From: Balanoglossus misakiensis
Taxonomy: Eukaryota; Animalia; Hemichordata
Direction of reading: 5' to 3'
NCBI GenBank assembly: GCA_040954595.2
Contig: CM082597.2
Coordinates: forward strand, 9,269,778-9,333,777
DNA length: 64,000 nt
The translations under genes and the position numbers were made by a program. Shown one piece after another: positions 36,307 to 49,397 of this stretch. The notes below the pieces were generated by a model. It was not told where the DNA came from. It ran no database searches and saw nothing but the letters and a program-made list of their open reading frames with translations. Every line of letters begins with the position of its first letter. Position 1 is the first letter of the stretch.

Positions 36307-37268
36307 CTAAACGAAAGCTCTGGAAAGTCCAACCAATTCGTTTAAATTCTCGAAAGATCGGAAACCCTGCATGTCGCCCGACACAAGATCAGCTAAAGTG
36401 TTTGCTGGATTTCCACAACCTATAACTTTGGCTAATTGCATGTAATAATTAGCCGTCTCTTCCGCTCTCCAACCAACATGGGACATAAGCGACTGGATAT
36501 CTGTGCCAGCCATGGCCAATGAAATGGCGCATGCGCTGCGACAACCATGCGGGGTTTCACCTGCGTCAATACCAACCTCTTGTACATATGTCTTAAGTCT
36601 ATGATATGTGATGACAAAGGTTTTTGTTCTACTAACCCTTGTGGGTTGGTCGGGCAGAAGAGGTAACCAGTTACAAAGTTGATATTAAGAGTAAGATCAA
36701 GCGCAAGCTTAAAATATGCCTCAAGTGTATTAATCGGACACATAAAGACGTCAGCACTGCTCTTTACAGCAAATAAATTTGAACGTGATCCCCTGAGAGT
36801 TTTTCCAAATATGTGGTTAAACAAAAAAACCGAGTTGTCAGGGAAACGCATAATCTCTTGTGTTTTCACATTGCCTAAAGCGTGTGCTCTATCACCCGAA
36901 AAGGCCAGCAGTTTGAAAAGTTACTGAGGCGATTATGGGAGCTTCATTTTTTTCGGTAATGTGCTGAAAAACCAGCCGCATTTTTTTCGAGGAAGAGTGG
37001 TTTCGCTTGCTTCGGTGTAATTAGTGCCTTTGCCTAACGCTCAGATGTCTTTTTATATACCTATTTACAAGGGTTGAATCTAATGGGTTTGGGATGGATC
37101 TACGTGACACAGCTTTTTGCGATTGATAAAGTGTTTTTAATTTTGCAACCATGTTTTTAACAGTGCTGGCACGAAGCCTTTTGGGACATGCGCATTGTTG
37201 CAAACCTGGTGACCCTAAATGCGGGCAAGTCACATCATGCACTTGGGTCTTTCCTATGGAAGACCGGT
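36307..37268 (-). pseudogene. ALOG-domain tyrosine recombinase, frameshifted
   Basis: GKTQVHDVTCPHLG...CACPKRL...NPLDSTLVNRY; FSGDRAHALG; FNHIFGKTLRG; ETPHGCRSACAISL; MSHVGW...ANYY. Confidence 0.85.
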
Positions 37269-38289
37269 CACGACATGCGACATGCGACTTCCAAACTACG
37301 ACCTGCGAGTTTGTAAAACTGCGACATGCGACCTGCGACTTAAAAAACCACCCTGCGGCCTGCGACTTCAAGCTACAAAACGGTCGCTTTGTTCATACCG
37401 ACGACCTGCACACCGTGGTCCAAAGATTTAATAACAAAGGTGGCTGTGTGAGTTACAAGCTCCGTATTTTGTAGGATAAAACGCTTCGTGGCATAAATTG
37501 AAATCTTGAAACCTGGTTATTTCTACTATGCAGCTATATTTTACAGTTTCTTTTGAAATATGATTTTTGTATTGTTGACTAATTTTTGGTGTATACAATA
37601 AAGTCATATCTATATGTTACACTGTCTTAACATCTTTAATATTTTATTAATTAAAACTACACATAGAAATGCTCTTCTCTAGCAAGCCTGGAGTGCTAAT
37701 AAGTGACCAAAGTAGTTTTTGATAACCAGTACATTCTGCCAGTTTTTTATTATGTATAATTGTTGACACAGAAATAATGTATGCTTTGGGAATGTCTTCT
37801 AAGTGCTTATTTCTCCGTATTCCTTAAGTTGTGGACATTTGTATCTTTTAATAATTAAACAACCGATTGGTTCAGAACTGTTGTTAGATTGGCATTGTGT
37901 GTTTGATTTTCTTCGTCATCACATGCAAACCATGCAAACACTTGGTAGACCAAGTGCGCCCTCACTGGTCAGATGGCATCATTGAACTGCATGTGGCCAT
38001 CATAGGTCTATCACATTGTCAGGGCAACTCATTGCATACTTGTAGATAAGACACGGAGTTCTTCCTCCTTGTTTTTAGTGTGTATGGTTGTTTAGTGTAA
38101 TTGATTGATAATATAAAAAAAATATTTTGTTGTTTGTTTACAAATATTGTCACATTTGTTTGTTTGTGGACAGGTCAGAGTTGGTGCTAGGGCTTGGGGT
38201 TCATTCACTCCCTATATATGTACTGTGTATTATAATATAGGATTGTTGAATATACCCTAACCCTAACCTGTCAACAAACAAACATGATA

Positions 38290-38702
38290 ATATTTGTAAA
38301 TACTTGTTCAAGTTCTGACAAAAGTAGTTTGTCTAGTCTGGGTTTGGTGTCAGCACTTGTTGCTGACCTGTAATTATTACATTCATAACTTTCAATATGA
38401 GCATCATCGTCGACAAGTTTGAAGCCATGACGAATGCCATCAAGTAAGAAATCCCTGTCCAGATCCTCAGCAAGTTCAATTTCCCATGCTCGGGTATTTA
38501 GTTGCGACCATGGCAACGTAGAAAAACTGTTCATATCAGCAGCGGCTGAAACATTGGCGCCGGTGGGCGAAGAGAAAGTATCAGAGTGTTTATACAATGT
38601 AGCATTTTGGTTAACTTCAGGCGGGAGGCCCAACACAGCGGTGTTTTCGTTAATGTCATCATCAATAACAGCGGTACACGTATGATCCAAACAAGTTGAC
38701 AC
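38290..38702 (-). pseudogene. Truncated RT ORF N-terminus of DIRS-type element
   Basis: LNTRAWEIELAEDLDRDFLLDGIRHGFK...NYRSA...ELEQG-like; similarity ends abruptly. Confidence 0.8.
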
Positions 38703-38718
38703 AGACTTGTTTGAAATA

Positions 38719-39831
38719 TTACCTGGAAAAGTTCACTTCTTTGTTTTCTTCTTGTCTGTCGATTTTTTTGGCATATGCCGTGCAGTCATCCTTACGGTGT
38801 CCTATCTCATTGCACAGCAGGCATGCGTGGGTATATCTGCAACCTGCAGAGTAGCACTGAGCGGTGTTGTAACGAATGCACGGTTTAAGTTTTTCTTCAT
38901 CCTTTTTTCCGCGACCGGACTGTTTGTCTTTGTCCTTGCGATCGCGAAGCCTGGTAAGGGTGTCGCTTGGTCCAAAGGCGACGTTATTGGCGTCAGAATC
39001 GGAGGGGCCCCATTTTGCGCCAGTACATTCGATGTCGTCACGGTACTTGTTATCGTACAGCATACAGGCACTTGCCTTGTATTTGTTCACTTTGCTGGCA
39101 ATAAAAGTCAGGTGCTGTATATAACCTTCGCTTTCGTCGGAGGACTGGTCAACCAGAATGCCAAGAATTTTCATGTTTCCTTCCCAGAACTGGGCCCAGT
39201 TAATTTCGTCAAATTCTTTGGCTTGTTTGCCATTATCAAGACGTATGAACTCATGAGGTCGTGGAACCGTGCGTCGTTTAGGCGCGAAAATGGTGGGTTT
39301 ACAAATGTTACTATGTGAGCACTCACCAGTGTTGTGTTTCTGGGAAGAAACGGGAAGACGACTGAGTAACTGTTCGAGACTGTCCAGTTCTTGTGGTGAA
39401 GGTACATCAGACTTGCGTTTAGTAGAAGCCGCATCGGCCAAGGATGAGTTGGTGGTGGCCCCTGTCATGCCCGTGTCCACAAACTTTGGAGAAGAATTAA
39501 TGGGTTGTGGAGAGACGCTTGAGGGAGGCTCCATTTTCCCCCTTGGTGATGTCTGCGTACCAGCATGCAGAGAATTTACTGCTTCACGAAGTAGGCAGCG
39601 TTGTCCGGGCAAAATGTCTAAATCGCGAAGGTCCTGTTCCAGCATCGCCTTCAAGGCGCGAAAGGTAGTGAAGCCATTTTGAACAAGGCATGTGACAGTG
39701 TCTTCGGACAGGCCAAATTCATCCTTCGCCAGTTTTTCCATGCGAGTCAGTTCTGACTCGATCTTAGGCACTGATGATGTCGATGATGTCGATGCTCGTT
39801 GTCGTCTGCTTCTGGCGATCTTCGTCGTCAT
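38719..39831 (-). CDS. Intact gag-like ORF (370 aa) with SAM-like N-terminal region and CCCH/CCHC zinc fingers
   Basis: GLSEDTVTCLVQNGF...DLRDLDILPGQRCLL; YDNKYR; CIRYNTAQCYSAGCRYTHACLLCNEIGHRKDDC. Confidence 0.8.
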   Translation of the reverse strand: MTTKIARSRRQRASTSSTSSVPKIESELTRMEKLAKDEFGLSEDTVTCLVQNGFTTFRALKAMLEQDLRDLDILPGQRCLLREAVNSLHAGTQTSPRGKMEPPSSVSPQPINSSPKFVDTGMTGATTNSSLADAASTKRKSDVPSPQELDSLEQLLSRLPVSSQKHNTGECSHSNICKPTIFAPKRRTVPRPHEFIRLDNGKQAKEFDEINWAQFWEGNMKILGILVDQSSDESEGYIQHLTFIASKVNKYKASACMLYDNKYRDDIECTGAKWGPSDSDANNVAFGPSDTLTRLRDRKDKDKQSGRGKKDEEKLKPCIRYNTAQCYSAGCRYTHACLLCNEIGHRKDDCTAYAKKIDRQEENKEVNFSR

Positions 39832-39999
39832 TTTTATTCAAACTCAACAACAACAACAAACTTACAGGTAACACTGCATGCTACACTGGCTGGGAGAATT
39901 CGAATGAATGTAGGAAAACTAAGTGCGCATGCGTACAGGCTCTGGCTAATTATAATATTATAAGCAAGCTTATACTACTCGTCTATTTTGAGGTTGATT

Positions 40000-40990
40000 T
40001 TGGTTTTTGGCTAACATGTATATCTATGTCAGCTTATAGCATAAGTTGGTGTCCGTCGTCTATGTATGTCTGTATGTGTGCCTCATACAGAATTATGTAT
40101 TTTGTGAATGGATCAGTTTCGTCTAGATGTATTGATGTATGTATGTGTATGTCCATCAACATCAAAAACTTGAAACTACTGATATTTAGTGTGTACATAG
40201 AAATTGTTATTGCGAAAAAATGCATACTGGTATTAACTGGAAAAATGTTCAAATGGTCAAAATTGAAAAACTTAATAACAGCGGATCAGATTCAGTTAAA
40301 AGTTGGCGTGCATTGGTGTGCAAGTACTTTGGGAAGACCTCGTATGATTTTGTTCAGGTGGAGTCAGTATCTGTCGTTTGCTATTTTTTATGAATTTTTG
40401 GGGGAATTTTCTGCAGTTTTGTTTTAAAAAAATCTTCTCTGAAATTACATGTCCAATTGATTGGAAACTTGGTATGGAGGTTCATAGGGCTTACCTGAAT
40501 CACATTTGTGCAAACGGTGGTGAAATTTGCAAAAATGCATTTTTGGGCAATATTTCCTGTTTTTGTCAAAAAATCAAATCCTGTGAAACTGTAAGTGCAA
40601 TTGTTTTGATACTTTGTATTTGGGTTTCTAGGGGTGATCTCAGTCAGATATGATCAAATTGTAATGAAATTTGCATAATTGTATTTTTGGGGAATTTCTG
40701 CAGGGTTTGGCCAAATAGTCTTCAGTAAAACCACAAGTCCAATTGATTGGAAACTTTGAATGGGAATTCATATATGTGATATCAGTCAGATTTGTCTGAA
40801 TTTCCTGTTGTTTGCCAAAATTTCTTCCTTATTGAAACTTGTTCAAGAGGTTCTTAGGCATGAACAGAAATCAGATTTGTTGAAATCTGGTGAAATATTC
40901 ATACTTTTTGGTATATTTCTTGCCATTTTTGATGAAAGAGTTTTAGAATTCCATAGACTTATCTTTGTATGCAGTTCAGGATGGGATACA
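40000..40990 (+). repeat. Interspersed repeat with internal subrepeats (Helentron-associated/HINE-like)
   Basis: T-run start, GTCCGTCGTC plus (TGTA)n, repeated CCAATTGATTGGAAACTT blocks. Confidence 0.5.
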
Positions 40991-42817
40991 TGACTCATAA
41001 CCCCTTACAAAAATTGACAAGGCAACAATTCCATAAACATGTTTACATTTCACAATGGTGCAACACACAACCCTTACACCATATACACTATAAACCAAAA
41101 TGGTTTAACACTGGTTTTTCTAATCTTGTTATTCTGTCAACCAATCACAGTACTGCACGTGAGCATATTCAGTTAATATCTGTTTGTTGTTTTTTAAATC
41201 ATGTCACATAAATGGTTTGGGGATATATGGCACTGGAAATTGGTTTGTTTTTATTGACTTTTACATGAAGTATGTCACTTTTCCAAATAAAAATGAAACT
41301 GGCGACATGGCTTCGCGGGCGAACTGAACTCAACGGGACCACTTGCTTGAAGATTTTCTGACTGAACAGCGATTACATCATTCTCGAAGGGAACATACTA
41401 GGCCACTCTTATCTTAGCAAGATACTGAATTGTTTTAGGCCTGCCTCTTCTATTACGAAACATAAGAAGACTGGTCACATGATAAATATTTAATGCAATG
41501 ATATTTGTTTAACGTCATCGTATACTCGTGGTTTTCGCGGAGGTTGCAACTTCTCGTCTCCTGATTCTTACTCTTGACTTTGTTGGGTATTTTGTATCAT
41601 TTGTTATTTGGAAAACATTGAAACACAAACATTAACAACTGATCCATTTTATGGAGCACTCCGTATTTCGTCTAACGTTATAGCACGAGATGTTGCACGT
41701 ACAGCGTGTCGAGGATCAATTTCACCAGAGTGTTGGGACAAATAATCACAGGGATTGTCCACTCCCTTTACTGAAGCTTGAATTTAAATCCTTGTGCTTT
41801 AAGGGACGGTTCAGTTTTTATGGCTGAAGGCGGCAAGTTTGTGTCATCGGTTTTCAAAATCAGGCAGACCCCTCGTCACCCAGGACTTAAAATGACTTAA
41901 AACAACAACGAAACTTGACTTTGTTCACGCATTGTAATTTCGTTGTCATGTACCAGTGTGGGAAGTTTGGCCGGCTTCGCGAGCGCTCACAATGCTACTT
42001 AGGTCCAACTGCATAGATATATATCAAAGTTTTCGTTTACTTGCATATTCTTACAATTTATCTTTGAATTGGAATAATTGTTTACGTTTTCCTGATTGGG
42101 AATTACGAAGCGAATTACTCTATATTCACCACAAAATAAATGAACTTGTTTACTAACTGAAACTGGAGGAAAAACTAAGTCCCACAAAGTGAATACAGTA
42201 AATGTACAACTTTTCACAAATCCCTTTACTATCAAAGCGAAAACCGCTCCATCTGTCGATTTGTTTTCTTTTCTCAAATTTGTCGATTTGAATTTTTTCG
42301 CTCATTCTTTTTCTCTCGTACACCACTTGACCTTATCTGACACTTTTTTAAAACACCAAACTGCCAATATGTGATCTCATTTCGCATGTCACAATATTTT
42401 CATATTCTGTCAATATTATAAACCACCGTGTTATTCCTTATTAAAAATTACAAAAATCCATCAGAAAGGCCGCCATCTGCCTAAATGTTTCATTGTCACG
42501 AAACGATCCAAATTTACCCGCCAAAGACGCGGGGGTTTCTGACCAGTTCCAACGATTTTTTTTCACACACATATTACTGTTAGTTCTTCTTGAATATTAT
42601 TATTAACGTTTATTTTATAGTTTGTGTCCACGGCATAGCTAATCTGTGGATAGCTTAGTAGGCCGTTGTCCATGATAGAAAGCAGTTATGCCCGAGCAGA
42701 TATCGGTTGACTGATTGAAACATAACTGATTCGACGCGTGTAAAAACTGAACTTGCAGAATACACTAAAGAGGACCAATTATATGGTTGTCTGCACGGCC
42801 ATTACTGCTGAGTACGG

Positions 42818-42879
42818 TCAATCTGACGGACCAGACTGGGGGTTGTTGCCACCAATCGCACTATATTTGGCTTTCTTTT
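42818..42879 (-). CDS. Terminal cytoplasmic exon
   Basis: tttttttcag acceptor; EKKAKYSAIGGNNPQSGPSD then TGA. Confidence 0.62.
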
Positions 42880-43254
42880 CTGAAAAAAAATGAGACTGAG
42901 AAAATGCATTTACAATTTTACACCAAAACCGACACTTCTTATCGCAAGTGATGAGTTCGATAGTTTGAAAGTTTGAGGGTGCGACTATAAGTATTATAAA
43001 TGAGTACACGACACACGTCATCAAAGTCAACGAACTGTAATCCAGAGGAAACCTGCAGTTACAATACTGTATATAACCTATAAGCATACATGGTCACTTA
43101 AAGAATTCTTCGTTTGTTGGAACATGTGAATCGTTGGTAAATTCATATTTTATTTACAGTCTGTATGGGTATAAAACATGTATTTTCCGTATTATTATGT
43201 ATTCAACTTAATAATATTGTTATTGTAAAACGATGAACTCTGTATCCCACTAAC

Positions 43255-43374
43255 CGGACTTCTTTTCTCGTGTACAGTAATAGCACACTACTGTTATTCC
43301 CCAAAGTAGAGTGCTAACACCAACACCCGTCATACAGACGATTACTGCCGTAGGTGTATATGTGCCCTTGCAAC
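43255..43374 (-). CDS. Transmembrane exon
   Basis: AVIVCMTGVGVSTLLWGITVVCYYC followed by TREKKS. Confidence 0.75.
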
Positions 43375-43705
43375 CTGTCAGAATGTACAGACACAAGTAA
43401 GATCAAGTATGTATTTTCGAGAAAGAATTATAATTTTGGCGAGTGCGCTATGATTATTTCAAGAACACCGCTTTTACGTGACTGAGGCAGTTAACCATAA
43501 ACGTCTCCAACCAACTCTGAAATCGTTCACAAATGTCATATAACACGGCCGAATAGTTGCAACATGTGATTGTACACATTTATGTTGTGTTGATAAGGTG
43601 AATGCAGGGCATTTCTTCATACTTCAGGGATTTGAACAAAAACTGCATTAGATACACAAAACAAAAATACTAAACACACAGGGAAAAGTTAGGCCTACAA
43701 CTCAC

Positions 43706-43834
43706 CATTGTGCTCAGTAGGGCTTCCAATCGAGACTTTGTCCGACGTGATGGTTTCCGTAGTTGAGGCTGTCGTTGAGATCGACTGAGTTGCTAGGACG
43801 CCCTCATCACCGCAGACACACGTGCCTTCCGCAT
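43706..43834 (-). CDS. Ser/Thr-rich stalk exon
   Basis: STTASTTETITS; gtgagt donor. Confidence 0.72.
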
Positions 43835-46199
43835 CTGCTGGGTAGCATGTTATCGCCATGTGAATAAAAGTCAAATCCAGCGAACCGATAATGAACTTTT
43901 TGAAATAAAACATCGCATTAAATCTATTATCACATGAACTGGCCCGTATAGCGACCTGTGTGACGTAGAACAGGTCGAATAAAAAATCCGAATTTTCCCC
44001 TGTTCTACGTCATCAACCGGAACTATTTTCGCTGATTCGCCCGTCGCTGTAACTTTCTTGTAAAACGGAATAACAAGTGGATGTACCCGTAGTTGTGCAC
44101 GATTGAAATAAAAATGACGGTTGCATAAGAATATCGCTGGGGTAAAATCAATACGAGAAAGGTAGAATTTGAATCGTCGACGCTACGATCGTGAATGTGT
44201 GCTCTCAGCTAGCGAGCCTTGTCCCGATCGAGCAAGCACGTCCACTTGATTTTAGGCTTACGGAAGTTACGAGAATGGTTTCGAGCCACCTGAGCGGGAC
44301 GACTAACAATCTGTATTCTGTCCACCGGTCAAAGAAATATATAAGACGTGGAAAAACGTCGCAGTTCATTTGTTTGAGAGTCGAAAACATTTGTCTGGGG
44401 TTCGAGGATGAGATTCTGTACGAAGGTTGTAGTTTCTGCGGAAACACAACTGCGCTGACTAGCCAGGCAGACACAAACGCAACCTTGAACATCGTTCCTG
44501 GACTAATATTTTCAATATCCTGTCACAATAACGGTTTTAGGATATATTGCAATGGAACTGTGTTTATTTAGAGAATAATGAGCATAATGTGTGCTTGAGT
44601 CCATTATGGGTCTTTGGGGCGTTCATTATTCTCATTATTTTATAGTTTTGTCAATGCCAGTGAATTTGCAGACTTCAAAAAGTATAGGTGCGAACAATTC
44701 AGACTCGGACACGGAGATCGAGAACAGAGCATTGGCGTACGCATAAACAAAAGGTCACCTGATCCCGGTGTGTCAGTGTACTGTACATTTCTAGTATCAT
44801 ATTCAAACATCAGGAAATAAATAATGAAGGTTTATTAACGCATGTGAAAATTCATTTAAGGGTTCTGCTGAAATATATCTGAAAAAGTTTCGATTTTTGT
44901 GTAATCTTGGTGAGGACTCGGGGAATATTTGAATTCGTTTGCGTTCTCAGGAAAGTTCACGTATACGGGCGCTCCGAAGGTTGCAATACATAAACAAACT
45001 CGCCCTCGATCGATCCCTCCGTACCGCGTAGACAACATGACAGTGACAATTGCGACATGTACCGACGCAGTAGGAAGAAAAAAATAAACAAATCGCCAGT
45101 CGAGGTCAGGTTTGGAAATTAATAAATATCGCCGTATTTATTCTGTTTATGTTTGCATTTCTTTTTTTACCCCTTAAAATGTTCGCATTGTTTGAAATCC
45201 TCCGTTATTCAGTCGGAAATTGTACACGTCCACTGGTTCTTGGGCGCGTCGCGCGTCCATCGAATAACACGATACATTATCAGTAATAATGTATAGCTAT
45301 GGCGTCACAAAATTCACTGGCATTGGTAAAGCTATAATATAAGTTTTCATAAAGTTGTACATGAAGCGCGTCATTTTTTCTGTCAAACTGCGACTTGCAG
45401 CATAAACTTTGCGAGCGAACTCGACGCGATGACTTGCTAGGACGTTGTGTTGACACGTACACAGCGCGAGACGATGATTGACAGGCAGAATGTATCAAAA
45501 TTCTGGCCCATGTGACTGACTCCGCGAATCTGATTGGTAGACAAGACGCAAAAGTGCAAAAACTCGAAAGTCGATTTCACTTTATGAATGAAAGTGATTC
45601 CATAATTAGCATATCTCGTGGGGCCACAGATCGTTGCGCAGGGGAAAGAACGTAATCCCGCTAAATAAACTGGAAGACCTACGGCTCGAAGTTGCACGGC
45701 TCCGCGAAAACCACTCGTATACGATGACATCAAACAAAGAAAAATATAATGGGATTATATATAACAATCTTTTCATTCATGCGATTTTAACACGTCTTTA
45801 AAAAATAGCGTCAAGGACACTGTGGTCCCATCTGAGGATTACGCAGAAAAAAGGATACACCAGAATAAAATTTACAGGTGACATTGCGAACAGATATGAT
45901 CTTACCATATAGAAATATGGAATGCAAAACAGTTAACAAGGGACATGCCCAATAAACTGTCATGTGTCATGGCAGACTTACAAGTGGTGCTAGAACAAAA
46001 AAAATGTTTTGACCAAAAATTGTCTGTACAAACACAAATGACAAGCAACTTCTTTCAGTCAGCCCTGGAACAGACAGACAAACACACACACTGACCTGCC
46101 ACTTGTAATTAAAAATTTAATAGCTGGTGGTCTCTGTAACAGCTGGCCTATTAAAGTTATGTAAACATGTCAAAGTTGGGGGGTAACAACTCCATGTCA

Positions 46200-47241
46200 A
46201 CAGTAACTTTCAAAACAACTGGACAATTGGTTAAGGAGAAGATTTGCTAACCCAAAACAAAGAAACTTACAAAAAAAAACTCGCTAAATATTGAATATTT
46301 CTGATATCAGAATTGAATAAAAGTTGCACATATACATGTATGTGTTATGAAATTGTATCCTAAATTTCAAAGCAATCAGAGAAAAAACAAATTTCAAACC
46401 AATCCAACAAGCAGTTTCACAGAAAATCTTTGTTCAAAAGTGGCAAAAACACAAATATGCAAATATCACCAAAATTGTACAATATCTTACTTCAAGCACT
46501 ACAAGGAACATGCCTGACAAAGCAATGTGACAAGCGGTTTCAGAGAAAACAATTTTTGACAAAAAATTGCAAAAGTTTCCCCAATAACACATTTATGCAA
46601 ATATCCAATTTTTACAACATATTACTAAGGTTACCCCTACGAACATGCCTACCAAATTGCAAAGCAATCTGGCCTGAGGTTTTAAAGAAAAAAATGTTTG
46701 ACTAAAAATGGCAAGTATTGCTCAAAATTATAAATATGCAAATTTTGCAACAATTTGAACAAAAGTATGGTTACTCAGACAACTATAAGGAAGCTTCATA
46801 CTAAATTTCAAAGAATTAAGCCTATCACTTCCATAAATGAAGACTTTTTACCAATAACATGGAAAAATACAAAAAAATGCATCAAAAATAGGAAATCGAT
46901 AATATTAGCTCAAAACACACAGGACTGTATAACATAAGATACATGCATACCAATTTTCAAACCAATTTGACCAGTGGTTGTCGAGTTTTTGAGTTTTGAC
47001 CAATTTCACATTTTCCCAGCTAATTTGCATATTTTTGGCAATGACAACTTCATTTGAACAAACTCCCATCTACAGCCCAGTCTGCATCTGCACACCAAAT
47101 AGCAAGGTGATACACGCAGCGGTTTTCAAGTTTTTGATGTGGACGGACATACAGACATCCATCCATCCATACATCGATCCATACATACAGACGCAACCGA
47201 TCCCATAAGGTCCCATGGTATAAACCAATGGGACCTAAAAA
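46200..47241 (-). repeat. HINE/Helentron-like non-autonomous repeat
   Basis: Internal subrepeats, (CATC/CATA)n microsatellite, terminal stem-loop AGGTCCCATGG...CCAATGGGACCT plus A-run; related end at about 13091-13230. Confidence 0.6.
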
Positions 47242-47867
47242 CTATTTTATCTATCTGTTATCGATATGACTGGAAATGAAAACAAAGATATTATAATGTA
47301 CATATACTTTTGTCGTACATTTCATTTATTTTATGAAATCCATTCACTACAAAGAAGGATCTCAGATGAAATACAGATTGAAGGCGATACCCAAGTCAGA
47401 TTGCCCTTTTGCCGGGTGCTGTTAGTTTCTTATGTCGCCTTTTCCGCCAACGGGACAATTTTGTAAAATACATTCACAAGACGCGTTTTATTTAGCTGGA
47501 AAACAATTACAAAATCACAAACAAATATCCTAAAATTGGTATTCAAACTTTCTCCAAAACAAATGGTGTAGCCATTTCTGGATCGACACAGAGCATAATC
47601 ATGATTAAAAGGATTTTTATGCTAACATAACTACAACAAACCGTGTGTTGGGGTCAAAGGTTATTGACAATACTAATCCACCCCAAAGGAAAAGAGAAGA
47701 AAAGAAATACCTTTTTTTACAAACCCACACTGGCGGGTAGGTGACAACAGCTATGAGATGATGGTGGTCGAGGTCAAGTGACACAGCCTCGTACTAGAAC
47801 CCAGCCACATACCCGCATAAAATATCAATAAACAGAGTCAATAGTACACTGAAGAAGTGATAAATAC

Positions 47868-48003
47868 CTGATATGTTTCTTTCCACGACAACGGCGATGG
47901 TCTGACTGGTGTAATTCCGACACATAGTTTCCACTTGACAATAGTACCTTCCGATATTGCCTTTCTCAAAGTTGGCAATGTCATATTCTAGTTCACTTTG
48001 GCC
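47868..48003 (-). CDS. Ig domain, C-terminal half exon
   Basis: GQSELEYDIANFEKGNIGRYYCQVET. Confidence 0.82.
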
Positions 48004-48322
48004 CTAAAACCAATACATAATGATGTTAGATTTGACAACAAATATTACCCAGTTATATACACCATAAACGTTTATACCACCATTCGCGGCAATTGTCAGA
48101 CGTTAACGGATGATATTGTTTATCTATCATTTTATTGTACAGCTTTTCACATTTTAATTAGCACTTTGTGCTTAAGTTCCAGCTTTATGTAAATGTGCTT
48201 ATAAACAGAAAAGTCGCACATGCGTAGTTCAGGCGACCTTCCCCCTTTGGGTTTATGGATAAGCAGGCATGACAGGTTCGCGTTCATAACAAATCTTTCA
48301 CGGGGAAACAAATTTCACTTAC

Positions 48323-48465
48323 AGAATATACGAGATTCCCATTCTGAAACCATTTCGTACCCCTGACCTCGAAATGATTATCTGCAGTTATGTTACATCG
48401 CAGAACTGCGTTACCCCCTTCATACTCCGGTGCTTGTAATACAGAAATGTTCACGTTTACATTTT
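48323..48465 (-). CDS. Ig domain, N-terminal half exon
   Basis: EGGNAVLRC...KWFQNG. Confidence 0.82.
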
Positions 48466-48679
48466 CTGAAATAAACCATGAGACCGTCTTCGATTGTAAG
48501 CTGCAATGGCGTGACATTTGGCCAAGGATAGATAGAGTTTCCACAAAAAATAAAAACGTCATTTGTTACCGAGACTTTTTAAATGGAATGTTTGGCGTCA
48601 CTCTCGTACACACACGTATTTTAAATGTTGCCTATTCACTAGTATGTAAATTATGTAAATTTAAGATCTGTTAACCCAC

Positions 48680-49003
48680 CTTTCACGTGCAGATGAAAAT
48701 CCTTAGTGTTGAATTTATCTGAAGTGAAGGTAGTTCTAATTTCATGGGAGCCATCACTCTCACAGCTGACGTTGGTGTACTCAACAACAAATACGTCATC
48801 ACGTAGCGACACATACACGCCACTGTCCATAAACATGGCACAATGACTGATTTTTCCTTCAACAATGTCCAGGCTGAAAACAACGTTTTCCTTGTCGTCG
48901 ACAAGTGAAACATCTTTAGCGTTAGTTTCGGTCAGACTGTAACCCACAGAAACCCGTTTACCCGGACTTGTTTCAATGTAGGATTGGAAACCGTGTGTGG
49001 GTG
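48680..49003 (-). CDS. Ig-like (V-type) domain exon
   Basis: 324 nt, phase 1-1, beta-strand pattern ending FHLHVK. Confidence 0.75.
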
Positions 49004-49397
49004 CTAAAACCAAAGCAGATAATTGTTGCATTAGTTGTCAACTGGATATTTAAAAAGTCGGCCAAATGAATATAAAGCGCAATTTCCTGTCAACATTCAG
49101 AGGAAACGTGGACAGGCCAAGTTCCTCCTGAGTTCATTAAGGTAGTCTGCTTGTGATTGACTTATCTTTTTAAAAGACGGGAAATACAGCAAGCAAGTTA
49201 TTAAAGTCAACTTTCATATAACACTAGAACACGTACAGAGTTCAAGAAAAATGTAACTTTTGTGCCGTTTAACACGATGGGCTATGTGTTGTTTGTCCAC
49301 GTGTCACACGATAATGTCCTCCCATATAAACCACATATAGCCACGCGAGATCTCATATGGTCTCGCGGAGTTCGGAAAATGGTCTATTGTAACCTAC

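Larger units (their letters stand above)
36307..39950 (-). mobile_element. Second YR (DIRS-type) retrotransposon, internally deleted
   Basis: Order on - strand is gag (39831-38719), RT N-terminus (38702-~38290), gap, ALOG-YR (~37268-36307); ends not defined. Confidence 0.85.

Noticed and set aside
38254-38268. Telomere-like CCCTAA repeats
   Set aside because: Only two units; common inside invertebrate repeats
39774-40427. 217-aa + strand ORF
   Set aside because: Spans the antisense of gag and an interspersed repeat; no recognisable domain
44191-44571. 126-aa + strand ORF in the Ig gene intron
   Set aside because: No motif or splice support; probably the interior of a non-autonomous element
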